Source of the DNA: an uncultured Methanosarcinales archaeon
Lineage (GTDB): Archaea > Nanobdellota > Nanobdellia > Woesearchaeales > JACPBV01
Reading direction: 5' to 3'
NCBI GenBank assembly: GCA_964577685.1
Contig: CAZNZT010000008.1
Span: forward strand, 761 to 64,760
DNA length: 64,000 nt
The translations under genes were made by a program, and so were the position numbers. Shown here one piece after another: positions 19,800-29,580 of this stretch. A model generated the notes under the pieces. That model saw only the letters and a program-made list of their open reading frames with translations. It was not told the DNA's origin and made no database searches. Numbering within the stretch: the first letter of the stretch is position 1; each line of letters begins with the position of its first letter.

Positions 19800-22190
19800 A
19801 TGGAAAAAAACAAAAGATTTATTCTTTGGTTTAATGAAATAGGTATTAATGACGTGCCTCTAGTGGGGGGCAAAAACGCTTCTTTAGGTGAAATGTATAG
19901 AAACTTAACAAAAAAAGGAGTAAATATCCCAAACGGATTTGCTATAACCTCATACGCATATAACTATTTCCTAGAAGAAGCTGGAATAAAAGAAAGACTA
20001 AGAAAAATATTGTCAAACATCCACATAAAAAGTGTTAAAAGCCTAGCTAAGTGGGGTGAAGAAGCAAGGCAACTAATCATAAACTCTGAATTTCCCCCAG
20101 TCCTAAAAGCTTCAATAACAGACGCCTATAAAAAGCTATGTAGAATATATGGAAGAAATACAGATGTAGCCGTAAGGAGTTCTGCTACAGCAGAAGACCT
20201 ACCTGATGCAAGTTTTGCAGGACAACAAGAAACATACCTAAACATAAGGGGAGAAGGAGCATTAATTGACGCTTGTAAGAAATGTTTTGCTTCACTTTTC
20301 ACAAATAGAGCGATTCACTATAGAATTGATAAGGGGTTTGACCATTTCAAGGTAGCCTTATCTATTGGTATTCAAAAAATGGTAAGAAGTGACTTAGCAT
20401 GTTCTGGGGTAATGTTTTCTATTGACACAGAAACAGGATTCAGGGATGTGGTCTTAATTAACGGTATTTATGGTCTAGGTGAAAATATCGTCCAGGGTAG
20501 AGTAAATCCAGATGAGTTCTATGTATTCAAACCTACTCTAAGAAAAGGATTCAAACCAATACTAAGTAAAGTAATAGGTGACAAAAAAATCAAAATGATT
20601 TATACCCCAGAGGGTGCTAAAAGTTCTGTAAAAAATATTGAAACAACCGAAAAAGAACAAAAAAAATTTGTTCTGGAAGATAAGGAAATATTAAAACTAG
20701 CTAAATGGGCTTGCATTATTGAGGAGTATTATAAGAGACCAATGGATATGGAATGGGCAAAAGATGGCAAATCAAAAAAATTATTCATTGTGCAAGCAAG
20801 ACCAGAAACAGTACAAAGCCAGAAAGATAGAACAATCCTAGAAGAGTATATCCTAAAAAAGAGAGGTAAGATTCTTTGTGTTGGAAGAAGCATAGGTTCA
20901 AAAATAGGACAAGGTAAAGCACAGATAATTGAGAATATACAAGAAATAGATAAATTTGATAAAGGAAATATACTAGTTACAGATATTACAGATCCAGATT
21001 GGGAACCTATAATGAAAATTGCTTCAGCAATAGTAACAAATAAAGGAGGCAGAACATGCCATGCTGCCATAGTCTCTAGAGAACTTGGAATTCCTTGTGT
21101 GGTAGGAACAAATAATGCCACTTCTATTATAAAAAACGGTCAAAAAATAACAGTAAGCTGTGCTGAGGGCGAAGAAGGATTCATTTATGATGGAATACTG
21201 CCATACCAAATAAAGAAGCACAACCTAAGGAATCTTAAGAGGCCAAGAACAAAAATAATGATGAATATAGGGAATCCAGAACAGGCGTTTGAATTAAGTT
21301 TTATACCCAATGACGGAGTTGGACTAGCAAGGGAAGAGTTCATAATCAATGAATACATAAAAATCCATCCTAAAGCACTAATCAATTTTGATAAAATTAA
21401 GAATGAAAATATAAAAAAAGAGATAGAAAAGCTGACATACGGATATAAAGACAAAAAGAAATTCTTTATAGATAAACTAGCCCAAGGAGTTGCGATGATT
21501 GCTGCGGCTTTCTATCCAAAAGATGTTATAGTAAGGCTTAGTGACTTTAAAAGCAATGAATATGCAAACCTAATAGGGGGGAACCTTTTTGAGCCAAAAG
21601 AAAGTAATCCAATGATTGGCTGGAGAGGAGCATCAAGATATTATTCTGAAGAGTATAAAGATGCTTTTGCACTGGAATGCCTAGCTATGAAAAAGGTCAG
21701 AGAAGAAATGGGTTTAACAAATGTAAAGCTTATGATACCCTTTTGCAGAACAATAGAGGAAGGAAAAAAAGTTCTAAAGGAGATGGAAAAAAATGGACTA
21801 AAAAGAGGAGTAAATCAGTTAGAGGTATATGTCATGTGTGAGATTCCATCTAATGTAATACTAGCAGATGAGTTCTGTGATATCTTTGATGGATTCTCCA
21901 TTGGAACTAATGACCTAACACAACTTACACTTGGACTAGACAGAGATTCTGAGTTAGTGAGTCATGTTTATGATGAAAGAAATGACGCCGTTAAGAGTCT
22001 CGTTTATAGTGTAATAAAAAAAGCAAAATCAAACAAGAAAAAAATAGGCATATGTGGTGAAGCTGCATCAATACCAGAATTTACTAGATTCTTAATAGAG
22101 TGCGGGATAGATTCAGTTTCTGTTGCTCCAGACTCTGTTATCAAGACAACATTAGTAGTACTGGAAGAAGAAGAAAAACTAAAAAAATAG
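19800..22190 (+). CDS. ppsA: Phosphoenolpyruvate synthase (pyruvate, water dikinase)
   Basis: 796 aa. Mobile phosphohistidine domain 'GGRTCHAAIVSRELGIPCVVG'. PEP-utilising TIM barrel at the C-terminus. The N-terminal ATP-grasp is typical of PpsA. Confidence 0.9.
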   Translation: MEKNKRFILWFNEIGINDVPLVGGKNASLGEMYRNLTKKGVNIPNGFAITSYAYNYFLEEAGIKERLRKILSNIHIKSVKSLAKWGEEARQLIINSEFPPVLKASITDAYKKLCRIYGRNTDVAVRSSATAEDLPDASFAGQQETYLNIRGEGALIDACKKCFASLFTNRAIHYRIDKGFDHFKVALSIGIQKMVRSDLACSGVMFSIDTETGFRDVVLINGIYGLGENIVQGRVNPDEFYVFKPTLRKGFKPILSKVIGDKKIKMIYTPEGAKSSVKNIETTEKEQKKFVLEDKEILKLAKWACIIEEYYKRPMDMEWAKDGKSKKLFIVQARPETVQSQKDRTILEEYILKKRGKILCVGRSIGSKIGQGKAQIIENIQEIDKFDKGNILVTDITDPDWEPIMKIASAIVTNKGGRTCHAAIVSRELGIPCVVGTNNATSIIKNGQKITVSCAEGEEGFIYDGILPYQIKKHNLRNLKRPRTKIMMNIGNPEQAFELSFIPNDGVGLAREEFIINEYIKIHPKALINFDKIKNENIKKEIEKLTYGYKDKKKFFIDKLAQGVAMIAAAFYPKDVIVRLSDFKSNEYANLIGGNLFEPKESNPMIGWRGASRYYSEEYKDAFALECLAMKKVREEMGLTNVKLMIPFCRTIEEGKKVLKEMEKNGLKRGVNQLEVYVMCEIPSNVILADEFCDIFDGFSIGTNDLTQLTLGLDRDSELVSHVYDERNDAVKSLVYSVIKKAKSNKKKIGICGEAASIPEFTRFLIECGIDSVSVAPDSVIKTTLVVLEEEEKLKK

Positions 22191-23234
22191 CTAAGACAAA
22201 ACAAGAATCTTTCTTGTCAAACTTTTATGAACAAATTGTGAAAATTCTTTTTTTATATTAAAACCAGCTTTTTTTACTAATTCCCTATATTTAACATAAT
22301 GAGGAAATAAAACTACTGCCCTCTTGCCTAAGATCCTTCTCAAATTTCTTAGGAATCTAAAATAAAAATTTTCTAGATTTTTTATTTTTTCATTTTTACC
22401 ATCTTGCTTCAAAGATATTTTTTTGTTTCTTCCATCCTCGCTAACCCAAATTGATGTATTCAATCCATATGGTAAATCAGTTACAACAAAATCATATCTT
22501 TTTTTTATACTGAGCGCATCTCCGTTAAATAGTCTATAATCCCTTATACCAAAAAAGTCAAGATTCACTCTCGCTCTTCTTAACATCTCATCATACAAGT
22601 CATAACCAACAGGCCTTAATCCCATCAAACCAGCTTCAATAAGAATTCCCCCGGCACCACAAAATGGGTCCATAACCTCGCCCCTAGCACCGCACAGATT
22701 AATCAAAGCTCTTGCTAATCTTGGGTCTAAGGCAGTTGGATGTTGTTCTGGTCTTTTATGTGCCCTTCTAGATTCAAAATCATGTTTTATCTCCATAATA
22801 AGTCTTGTAACATAAATCCTTTTATTCGTTGAAAAAAACTCAATTAATGTTTCTGGGTCCTTAAGATTAACCTTGGGTGTACTGAGTTGATTCCATATAA
22901 GCTCCCCAAGCTTACTCTCGCTTATTCTTTTCATAGATTTCTCCAATCTATAGAACCTCACACAAAAATTTTTTTTGTAAATGGGTTCCCAATCAAAATT
23001 TTTTATATCAGAGAACAAATCACCAAAAGTTGTTTCAAACAAAAGCCGATATATTCTCTTTGTATAAGATAATCTATTGGCTTCATCTATATTATCTGTC
23101 TCTAAGAACAACAAGTTATTAATCAACCTATACCTTGTTACATCTAACAAGGACAAAACCTCTTCTTTAGATAAATCCAGATTTTCCTTTGACAACAAAA
23201 ACACATATACCATACAGACAAAAATAAAAGACAA
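22191..23234 (-). CDS. THUMP-domain tRNA (guanine-N2)-methyltransferase (Trm11/Trm14 family)
   Basis: SAM-MTase motif I 'DPFCGAGGILIEAG' and motif IV 'VVTDLPYG'. N-terminal THUMP-like region. The true start may be the internal Met 'MVYVFLLSKEN'. Confidence 0.75.
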   Translation of the reverse strand: MSFIFVCMVYVFLLSKENLDLSKEEVLSLLDVTRYRLINNLLFLETDNIDEANRLSYTKRIYRLLFETTFGDLFSDIKNFDWEPIYKKNFCVRFYRLEKSMKRISESKLGELIWNQLSTPKVNLKDPETLIEFFSTNKRIYVTRLIMEIKHDFESRRAHKRPEQHPTALDPRLARALINLCGARGEVMDPFCGAGGILIEAGLMGLRPVGYDLYDEMLRRARVNLDFFGIRDYRLFNGDALSIKKRYDFVVTDLPYGLNTSIWVSEDGRNKKISLKQDGKNEKIKNLENFYFRFLRNLRRILGKRAVVLFPHYVKYRELVKKAGFNIKKEFSQFVHKSLTRKILVLS

Positions 23235-23311
23235 ATATAAAAAATTATCATTTTCACAACAATTAGATAATCACAAAAAGTATATAAAGAAAGATTATAT
23301 CCCATAAGCCT

Positions 23312-23653
23312 ATGGGAAGAGGTAGACCTCCAAAAAGCCAAATAAGACAGAATATTATTGAGATTTTATACTTCCTAAGAGAAGGATATGGATACAACAT
23401 TCATAGAATATACAACAAAATATTCCCTTCTGTCACGATGAGGGTGATATATTACCACCTCAAAAAAGGGTTAAACTTAGGTGAATTTAAAATAAAAAAA
23501 ATAGAAAAAGAAAAGGGGAACTTCTCATGGGGTTCTGAAGCTGAAAAAATTTATTATACGCTTGGAAAAGAAGCTAGACCAACCGGAAACCTAAGAGTTA
23601 AAGAGTTCCTTGAAAAAAATAAACCAGATCATCTTTCTTTTAACAAATTATAA
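23312..23653 (+). CDS. Winged helix-turn-helix DNA-binding protein (putative transcriptional regulator)
   Basis: 'IIEILYFLREGYGYNIHRIYNKIF...RVIYYHLKKGLNLGEF' fits a wHTH recognition helix plus wing. Convergent with, and 25 nt overlapping, the large Cys-rich gene. Confidence 0.45.
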   Translation: MGRGRPPKSQIRQNIIEILYFLREGYGYNIHRIYNKIFPSVTMRVIYYHLKKGLNLGEFKIKKIEKEKGNFSWGSEAEKIYYTLGKEARPTGNLRVKEFLEKNKPDHLSFNKL

Positions 23654-26600
23654 ACAAAAGAATGTTTATTTTCATTTCTTCTAATATAAGTAGTATCCTT
23701 ACATTCAATATTTATGCTTAAATCAGTAAAATTTAAAGGGATAGTTGTATTACAATAAAAAGCACCTATATCGAACTTATCAGACCCTTCACACTGACTA
23801 AATGAACCTTGCATCTTTTCAAAATGTTCTTTATCGCTTGAAAACCTACACTGCATATCATCATCAATATACATTATAAGAGTAACATTGCTAGTATTAT
23901 AATTCACAGCATAATTTGAATTCAATAAATCTCCATCGGCAGCAATAATATTTGGTGGTGTCAAATTGAAATACCTATGAAAAAGCTCCCTATTCCTACT
24001 AATACCCATATTAACTGACTTATTCATACTAAATGAAGTAGAATTGACCAAATATAACTTATATTTCCTCCTTTTGGGGGGATTATCTTTACACTTAAAA
24101 TACAACTTAAGATTATTACCAGAAAATGGAATTTCACCAGTACACTCATAGCTGCCTCCTAAAACAGGGCTTATCTTATAAGATGAAATTGGACATTCCA
24201 ATAGTCCTTGCATATAGGCATAATCCACATCATAATTACTATACCTACACTCTGATGGTTTATTTACATACAATTTAAGACTAACTTGCTTTGTATTCTT
24301 AGGTAAAATAGAATTATTCTCTGGAACTATTTTTAAAATAAGGGGTGGCTCTATATTAGCTGCCGTCCTATTAATGGTAAATTTTATAAAAAAATCCTCA
24401 GTATTCTCATTCCCTGCCATATCTTTGCACCTTACAAAAAAATAATAAGTATTTTGTTCAAAAGCAGAAAGTAAAATCCTAGACAACTCCTTGATATAAG
24501 GAAATAAATGAGAATATTTATTTACAATATTCATAACTATTGCAAAAAAGAAGTCAGCTGTGCTTAGTATGTCATTTCCTGTGAAATACTCGTATAAATC
24601 TAATTCATCCTCCAATGATGCCCTATAACTTCTATATGCAGCTTGCAAATCATCTATTATTCCGATTAAATCTACAATAGCTGTGATATTCAAATAATAG
24701 TACACCCTCTCTGGTATAACCAGACCTGCAGGCAACCTTATAGTCATATTATGAGTCAAACTAAATGTTGGCTTATCAAACCAAACAGATGGCAAAAACC
24801 GGTAGCTTATATTAGGTAAATAAGCCAACTTACATTTAGCTGGCTCGTTAGTTTTTATTCCAAATTTAAATGGCGCATATGGTTTAATGGCTGGTTCAAT
24901 CTCATAACCATCAATTGACTTATCTAGAATCTTCAACCTAGCCCTATAAGCCCTATACCCTGGGCTTAAGGCATCTGTATTAAAATCTATTTCTGGTTCT
25001 TCTTTGTCATCAGTATTAAATGGAAAACACCTACCAACACCATCAACCAGCTCAAACCTACAAAGCTGTCCTAAACTTTTACATTTATATTCCGTACATG
25101 GCTCCAAAGGATCCTCATCACATAAATAACAATCCTCACCCCCATAGGGGGCACTCCACAATGAACAAAAAGAATAGTCTAAGACCTTTATCTCGGGTGG
25201 TTCTTTAAAAGGATTAATAAAATCTGATATAGATAAATCTGAAATATAATCAAGATAATTAAAAGCAGCACTTAAAAGATAAGGTAATCTCTCCATGACC
25301 ATAGGAAATTCCACTTTTTTACTATCCCTCTTCCTCTTGTACAAATCAAGATGAAGTGGACTCCTACCTATTTCTGCTGGATTTTTATTTAATCCGTCTT
25401 GATGATAAACATAGTCTCTTACTGAATCGGTTGGATCAGAATTAAAAAAGCCTTCCTTTGTTAGTCTGTCTGCAATATTTCTATAATTACCACAATCCCC
25501 CTGAAAATAACAATACAATGCTGAATGGTCAACCCAGACATTAGGACAACTGAAATCATCACATAATGCATAATTTGTTGCTATATTACAAACCTCTTCT
25601 CCATTCCCTTCCCAAAATCTAAACCCTGGCGGAACCTTTGGGTAGCACCTAGATACATCACTATAGTCTATACCAGGGAGTGGTCTAAAAAGAAAATCTG
25701 ACCACTTACAATCTCTCACACTTGAATTTTCACAACATTCCCTTGTCTTACATAACCAGCAATCTTGCCACCTATTCGGTCTACACATGGCTTTACTTAA
25801 TCCATTTATATTCTTCTCCGTACATAATTCCTCTCTGAAATCTCTACATTCCTCAACATATTCCTTTCCATTAATGCACATATGTCTATAGTGTCTACCA
25901 CCAACATAATCCATCCCCCCATGCCCCCTCTTTGATTCCACTATACTATCATAAGCACACCATGACTCTCCATGTCTCCTTGGAGGGCCAGTAAACGACT
26001 TTGTCTCATGTTCATAAGTAGCTACACAATCCTTACAACCTCCATCTCCACATTCTCTATCGCCATAATCTAAACCGATTGCTGGACAGATACATTCTGT
26101 ATTAGGATTATAAGTCCCTCCTTTCTTCTCACACTCTTCTTTTGGTGCGTTCTTAAAACAAAATCCATCATAACTATTAAAACAACAACCATAAACCAGA
26201 CGAGTTTGCTCCAAATTGGGCAATAAGCTAACTGTATCCTCTCCCTGTAAAGCAAACAAAAATGAATAATTCTCTCTACCAATTATAGTTAATTTATAAA
26301 CTATGTCCGGGTAAGGCCTGTGTTTCTCAATCAATATATGGGCTCCATGTTTCATCATAAAATCATTCTGATCAAAAAATCCAAACTCTATTTCACTATT
26401 TACAATCTCGTTAGCAAGAGCATACAATTTTCCTAGAGGAATATCTATATTAGAACTAAACATACTTTGTTTTATCGTTGAACCAGCTTTCTTTAGTGTT
26501 ATAGGATAATCCAAGATTACTCTTACTTCTTCAACACCAATTCTGACCGTTACATTTAAAGTGCCAGTGTCTACTTTATAACCCTTTTCTCTGAAGACAT

Positions 26601-27000
26601 CAAGATTTATACAGCTCTCAAGCCCTTGCTTTATTCTATTCTGAAGCTCTTTTTCCATTTCTTGCCTTAAAAAAATAGCATTAACACAACCATGAGTATG
26701 TTGATTATAACAGAAGTACCTATATTTTTCATTGTAATACCAAACAAAATCTTTTTCTGATAAATTAAGAGTCCCTCCTTGTTCCATTAGAAGTTTAATA
26801 ATAGGATAGCTAACAATATCGATACAACTGATAACATATCTATCCAATGGCTTTTTCTCAAATCTCTTCTCATTTACTAACTCCGAATCCACCTTTACTC
26901 TTTCCAAAGAAACATTCCTGATATAATTAAGAGAAAAGAAAAATACCAACAATAGAACACCAACCAAAACAAAATAGCTTACCTGACCTCTTTTTTTCAT
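23629..27000 (-). CDS. Large (1123 aa) cysteine-rich, N-glycosylation-sequon-rich secreted/surface protein with an N-terminal signal anchor. Function unknown.
   Basis: N-terminus 'MKKRGQVSYFVLVGVLLLVFFFSL' is hydrophobic. The central ~350 aa is extremely Cys-rich (e.g. 'CICPAIGLDYGDRECGDGGCKDC', 'CWLCKTRECCENSSVRDC'). Many N-x-S/T sequons. No catalytic motif seen. Confidence 0.6.
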   Translation of the reverse strand: MKKRGQVSYFVLVGVLLLVFFFSLNYIRNVSLERVKVDSELVNEKRFEKKPLDRYVISCIDIVSYPIIKLLMEQGGTLNLSEKDFVWYYNEKYRYFCYNQHTHGCVNAIFLRQEMEKELQNRIKQGLESCINLDVFREKGYKVDTGTLNVTVRIGVEEVRVILDYPITLKKAGSTIKQSMFSSNIDIPLGKLYALANEIVNSEIEFGFFDQNDFMMKHGAHILIEKHRPYPDIVYKLTIIGRENYSFLFALQGEDTVSLLPNLEQTRLVYGCCFNSYDGFCFKNAPKEECEKKGGTYNPNTECICPAIGLDYGDRECGDGGCKDCVATYEHETKSFTGPPRRHGESWCAYDSIVESKRGHGGMDYVGGRHYRHMCINGKEYVEECRDFREELCTEKNINGLSKAMCRPNRWQDCWLCKTRECCENSSVRDCKWSDFLFRPLPGIDYSDVSRCYPKVPPGFRFWEGNGEEVCNIATNYALCDDFSCPNVWVDHSALYCYFQGDCGNYRNIADRLTKEGFFNSDPTDSVRDYVYHQDGLNKNPAEIGRSPLHLDLYKRKRDSKKVEFPMVMERLPYLLSAAFNYLDYISDLSISDFINPFKEPPEIKVLDYSFCSLWSAPYGGEDCYLCDEDPLEPCTEYKCKSLGQLCRFELVDGVGRCFPFNTDDKEEPEIDFNTDALSPGYRAYRARLKILDKSIDGYEIEPAIKPYAPFKFGIKTNEPAKCKLAYLPNISYRFLPSVWFDKPTFSLTHNMTIRLPAGLVIPERVYYYLNITAIVDLIGIIDDLQAAYRSYRASLEDELDLYEYFTGNDILSTADFFFAIVMNIVNKYSHLFPYIKELSRILLSAFEQNTYYFFVRCKDMAGNENTEDFFIKFTINRTAANIEPPLILKIVPENNSILPKNTKQVSLKLYVNKPSECRYSNYDVDYAYMQGLLECPISSYKISPVLGGSYECTGEIPFSGNNLKLYFKCKDNPPKRRKYKLYLVNSTSFSMNKSVNMGISRNRELFHRYFNLTPPNIIAADGDLLNSNYAVNYNTSNVTLIMYIDDDMQCRFSSDKEHFEKMQGSFSQCEGSDKFDIGAFYCNTTIPLNFTDLSINIECKDTTYIRRNENKHSFVYNLLKER

Positions 27001-27066
27001 TAAATGTAAAAGAAAATAATAAAGATATAAATTTTTTTGTTTTCATAGGATTAAAAACACAGAAAG

Positions 27067-27969
27067 CTAATCAATATAGGTCAACCAAGCTCTATACCTT
27101 TCATCCCTTCCATTAACTACATTCAAAAATAAATCTCTCAGATTAGATGTAATTGGCCCTGGTGCTTCTTCTCCTATTTTTTTATCATCCAATGATTCTA
27201 TTGCCGTTATCTCAGCAGCTGTTCCTGTAAAGAAAGCCTCATCTGCACTGTATATGTCATCCAGAGTAATTACTTTTTCCTCTACATTAATGCCCTGATC
27301 TCTTGCCAATTGAATTACAGAAGACCTAGTAATTCCGCTTAGAATCATACCCAGCGGAGGCGTCATTAAAGTGTTACTTTTTACTATGAAGATATTCTCG
27401 CCTGGTCCTTCTGCAACATTGCCCATATAATCTAACAATAAAGCCTCATCATAACCTGCCTCTTTTGCCTCTATTGAAGCAAAAATACTATTGACATAAT
27501 GACCACATATCTTTGCATCCGCCTTAGTAGTTTTAGGATGGATTCTAGTATAGCTTGATGTTTTAACCCTAACAGCCCCCTCTCCTAAATACTTACCCCA
27601 TGGCCAAACCGCTATTGCGCATCTAACAGGAGCGCCTTCTGGGTTTAAACCCATCTTACCATACCCAAAAAAACAGATTGGTCTTATATAACCTGATTTT
27701 AATTTATTAACCTTAACAAGCTCTTTAACAGCCTGAATAAATTCCTCCTTAGAAAAAGGAATTCTCATTCTCAATACTCCAGCAGAATAATACAATCTTT
27801 CTATATGCTCCTTCAATCTAAATACAGCAGGTCCTTCTTCGGTTTCATAAAACCTAATACCTTCAAAAACACCTGCACCATAGTGTAATGTATGGGATAA
27901 AACATGGATTTTAGCCTCATCCCAGGGAAGCAATTTACCATCAAACCATATAAACTCTGTTTTCTCCAT
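27067..27969 (-). CDS. ilvE: Branched-chain amino acid aminotransferase (class IV)
   Basis: 'FIWFDGKLLPWDEAKIHVLSHTLHYGAGVFEGIRFY', then 'EAGYDEALLLD' and 'GTAAEITAI'. Classic IlvE signature. Confidence 0.85.
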   Translation of the reverse strand: MEKTEFIWFDGKLLPWDEAKIHVLSHTLHYGAGVFEGIRFYETEEGPAVFRLKEHIERLYYSAGVLRMRIPFSKEEFIQAVKELVKVNKLKSGYIRPICFFGYGKMGLNPEGAPVRCAIAVWPWGKYLGEGAVRVKTSSYTRIHPKTTKADAKICGHYVNSIFASIEAKEAGYDEALLLDYMGNVAEGPGENIFIVKSNTLMTPPLGMILSGITRSSVIQLARDQGINVEEKVITLDDIYSADEAFFTGTAAEITAIESLDDKKIGEEAPGPITSNLRDLFLNVVNGRDERYRAWLTYID

Positions 27970-28029
27970 TTTTAAATCAACAGAAGAACCACCATATTTA
28001 AAAATTTTTTGTTAGAATCCTAACAAAAA

Positions 28030-28683
28030 CTAAAAATCACTTAGGTTTCTCTGAAAAGTTTTATTTTTTTGATTTTTATAAGAAATCCAACTATGCCTAA
28101 ATATCTCAGGATATTTTTTCCAGTTTCTCTCTAAGAAATCCTTCGTTATAGGGTTAGACATATAACCTGGGCCACAATCTCCATATTTCTCCTTCATATT
28201 ATCTATCTCCCTATCCCTGATTACTTTAGCAATAATTGAAGCTGCAGCAACATGAGGATACCTCACATCAGCTTTATGGGTACATTCCAATTTAATATCC
28301 TTATTGACTATCAATCTCTTAAGATAGTCTGAGTAGCTTTTATGATTAACAGAAGGGCTATCTACTATTGCTTTATCTGGTTTAAGTTTATTAATAATCT
28401 CAGCTGTTTTATGTGCCTCCAACAAGTTCAAGTTCATTTGTTTTGACTCTACCGCCATATCAATCTCTCTCGGACTTACAATAATAAACTCATAGGCGTT
28501 TACAATTCTTTTTACCATCTCAAACAGAGCCTCCCTTCTCTCCCTTGATAATAACTTAGAATCTTTTACCCCAATCTTCCTTAATTTCTTTATGTCCTTC
28601 TCATCTAATAAAACTCCTGCTATCACCATAGGTCCTATTACGGGACCTCTGCCAGCCTCATCAATTCCACAAATAACTACCAT
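28030..28683 (-). CDS. rnhB: Ribonuclease HII
   Basis: 'VICGIDEAGRGPVIGPMVIAGV' N-terminal active-site block and 'HKADVRYPHVAAASIIAK'. Confidence 0.9.
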   Translation of the reverse strand: MVVICGIDEAGRGPVIGPMVIAGVLLDEKDIKKLRKIGVKDSKLLSRERREALFEMVKRIVNAYEFIIVSPREIDMAVESKQMNLNLLEAHKTAEIINKLKPDKAIVDSPSVNHKSYSDYLKRLIVNKDIKLECTHKADVRYPHVAAASIIAKVIRDREIDNMKEKYGDCGPGYMSNPITKDFLERNWKKYPEIFRHSWISYKNQKNKTFQRNLSDF

Positions 28684-28745
28684 TCTAAGAAGATTATAAT
28701 AGCTAATATTTTAAATTTTGTTTTAGAAATCCACAATCTATATAA

Positions 28746-29093
28746 ATGAGTAAATTTGCTACACTTAATTTAAACAAAAAGACTACTAAAAAAGTCAAAA
28801 TGCCAACAATACAAGTAGTAGGCAAAGAAAAAATAGAAAAGGAAAAGATTGAGAGAGTAATAAGCAATCACTACAAAAGAATCAACAAGAAGATAAAGAA
28901 CATAATATCTCTAAAGGTACATGTTAAAGTCCACTCTAAAGGTGGAAAAAGAAAAAAATGGGATTTTAGGGTTAAGCTAACAACTACAAAAGGAAACTTT
29001 GAAGCTCAAGAGAGTGATTGGAATCTAACAAAAGCCTTACACAAAGTATTCACAAATATTGAAAAAGAAGTAAAGCATAAACTAAAAGAATAA
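28746..29093 (+). CDS. Ribosome hibernation factor-like protein (RaiA/HPF/YfiA, sigma-54 modulation protein family). The probable true start is the internal Met at 28800.
   Basis: From 'MPTIQVVGKEKIEKEKIERVISNHYKRINKKIKNIISLKVHVKV...EAQESDWNLTKALHKVFTNIEKEVKHKLK' the pattern lines up with E. coli HPF/RaiA: I.I.G..VE...., V.L.V.K, A....D...AID.L.DKL..QL.KHK.K. Confidence 0.45.
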   Translation: MSKFATLNLNKKTTKKVKMPTIQVVGKEKIEKEKIERVISNHYKRINKKIKNIISLKVHVKVHSKGGKRKKWDFRVKLTTTKGNFEAQESDWNLTKALHKVFTNIEKEVKHKLKE

Positions 29094-29143
29094 AAAACCA
29101 ACAAAGAATTCTAATGCTAAAAAGTAAAACATAGATAGCATAA

Positions 29144-29256
29144 TAGCGGAGGATGGATTTGAACCATCGACCTATGGGTCTCTGAGGCAATTTCCGAGCC
29201 TTATGAGCCCATCGGGCATACAGGCCTTAATGGTCTCCTGGCTGCCCCACTCCGCT
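29144..29256 (-). tRNA. tRNA-Met (CAU), initiator-like (A1:U72, GGG/CCC anticodon stem), with two introns: about 17 nt in the D-loop and 22 nt at the canonical 37/38 site
   Basis: Minus strand: AGCGGAG TG GGGC [AGCCAGG..insert..TAT] GCCC G ATGGG CTCATA|AGGCTCGGAAATTGCCTCAGAG|A CCCAT AGGTC GATGG TTCAAAT CCATC CTCCGCT A. Confidence 0.7.
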
Positions 29257-29370
29257 ATTAACAAAGACAGAAAAGAATTATTATTTATAAAACTATTGGA
29301 AATAGCCATATAAAATCTTAACGAAAAGTTTTAAATAGTCACAAAAAATTCTAAACAAGTATGCAAGTAT

Positions 29371-29518
29371 GCCGCGGTGGCACAACATAGAGTGGTGCTT
29401 CCATTTTATGTGCAATCTGGTACTGCGCGAGATTGCTAAGCACAACTAAGTGCTTATGATTCCTCCGCAGATATCTCGTGTCCGAAAGGACTTCTGGGTT
29501 CAAATCCCAGCCGCGGCG
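29371..29518 (+). tRNA. tRNA-Ser (GCU), 148 nt: a 34-nt canonical intron plus a roughly 28-nt insertion in the D-arm region. Long variable arm.
   Basis: GCCGCGG ... CGAGA TTGCTA|AGCACAACTAAGTGCTTATGATTCCTCCGCAGAT|A TCTCG TGTCCGAAAGGACTT CTGGG TTCAAAT CCCAG CCGCGGC G. Two D-arm-like hairpins (GCAC..GTGC and GCA ATCTGGTAC TGC) show that extra sequence was inserted 5' of the anticodon stem. Confidence 0.65.
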
Positions 29519-29580
29519 TTTTTTGAAAAACTACTTAGGTAACAAAAAACTTATAAACAAAAAATATTAATTCTATAAAA

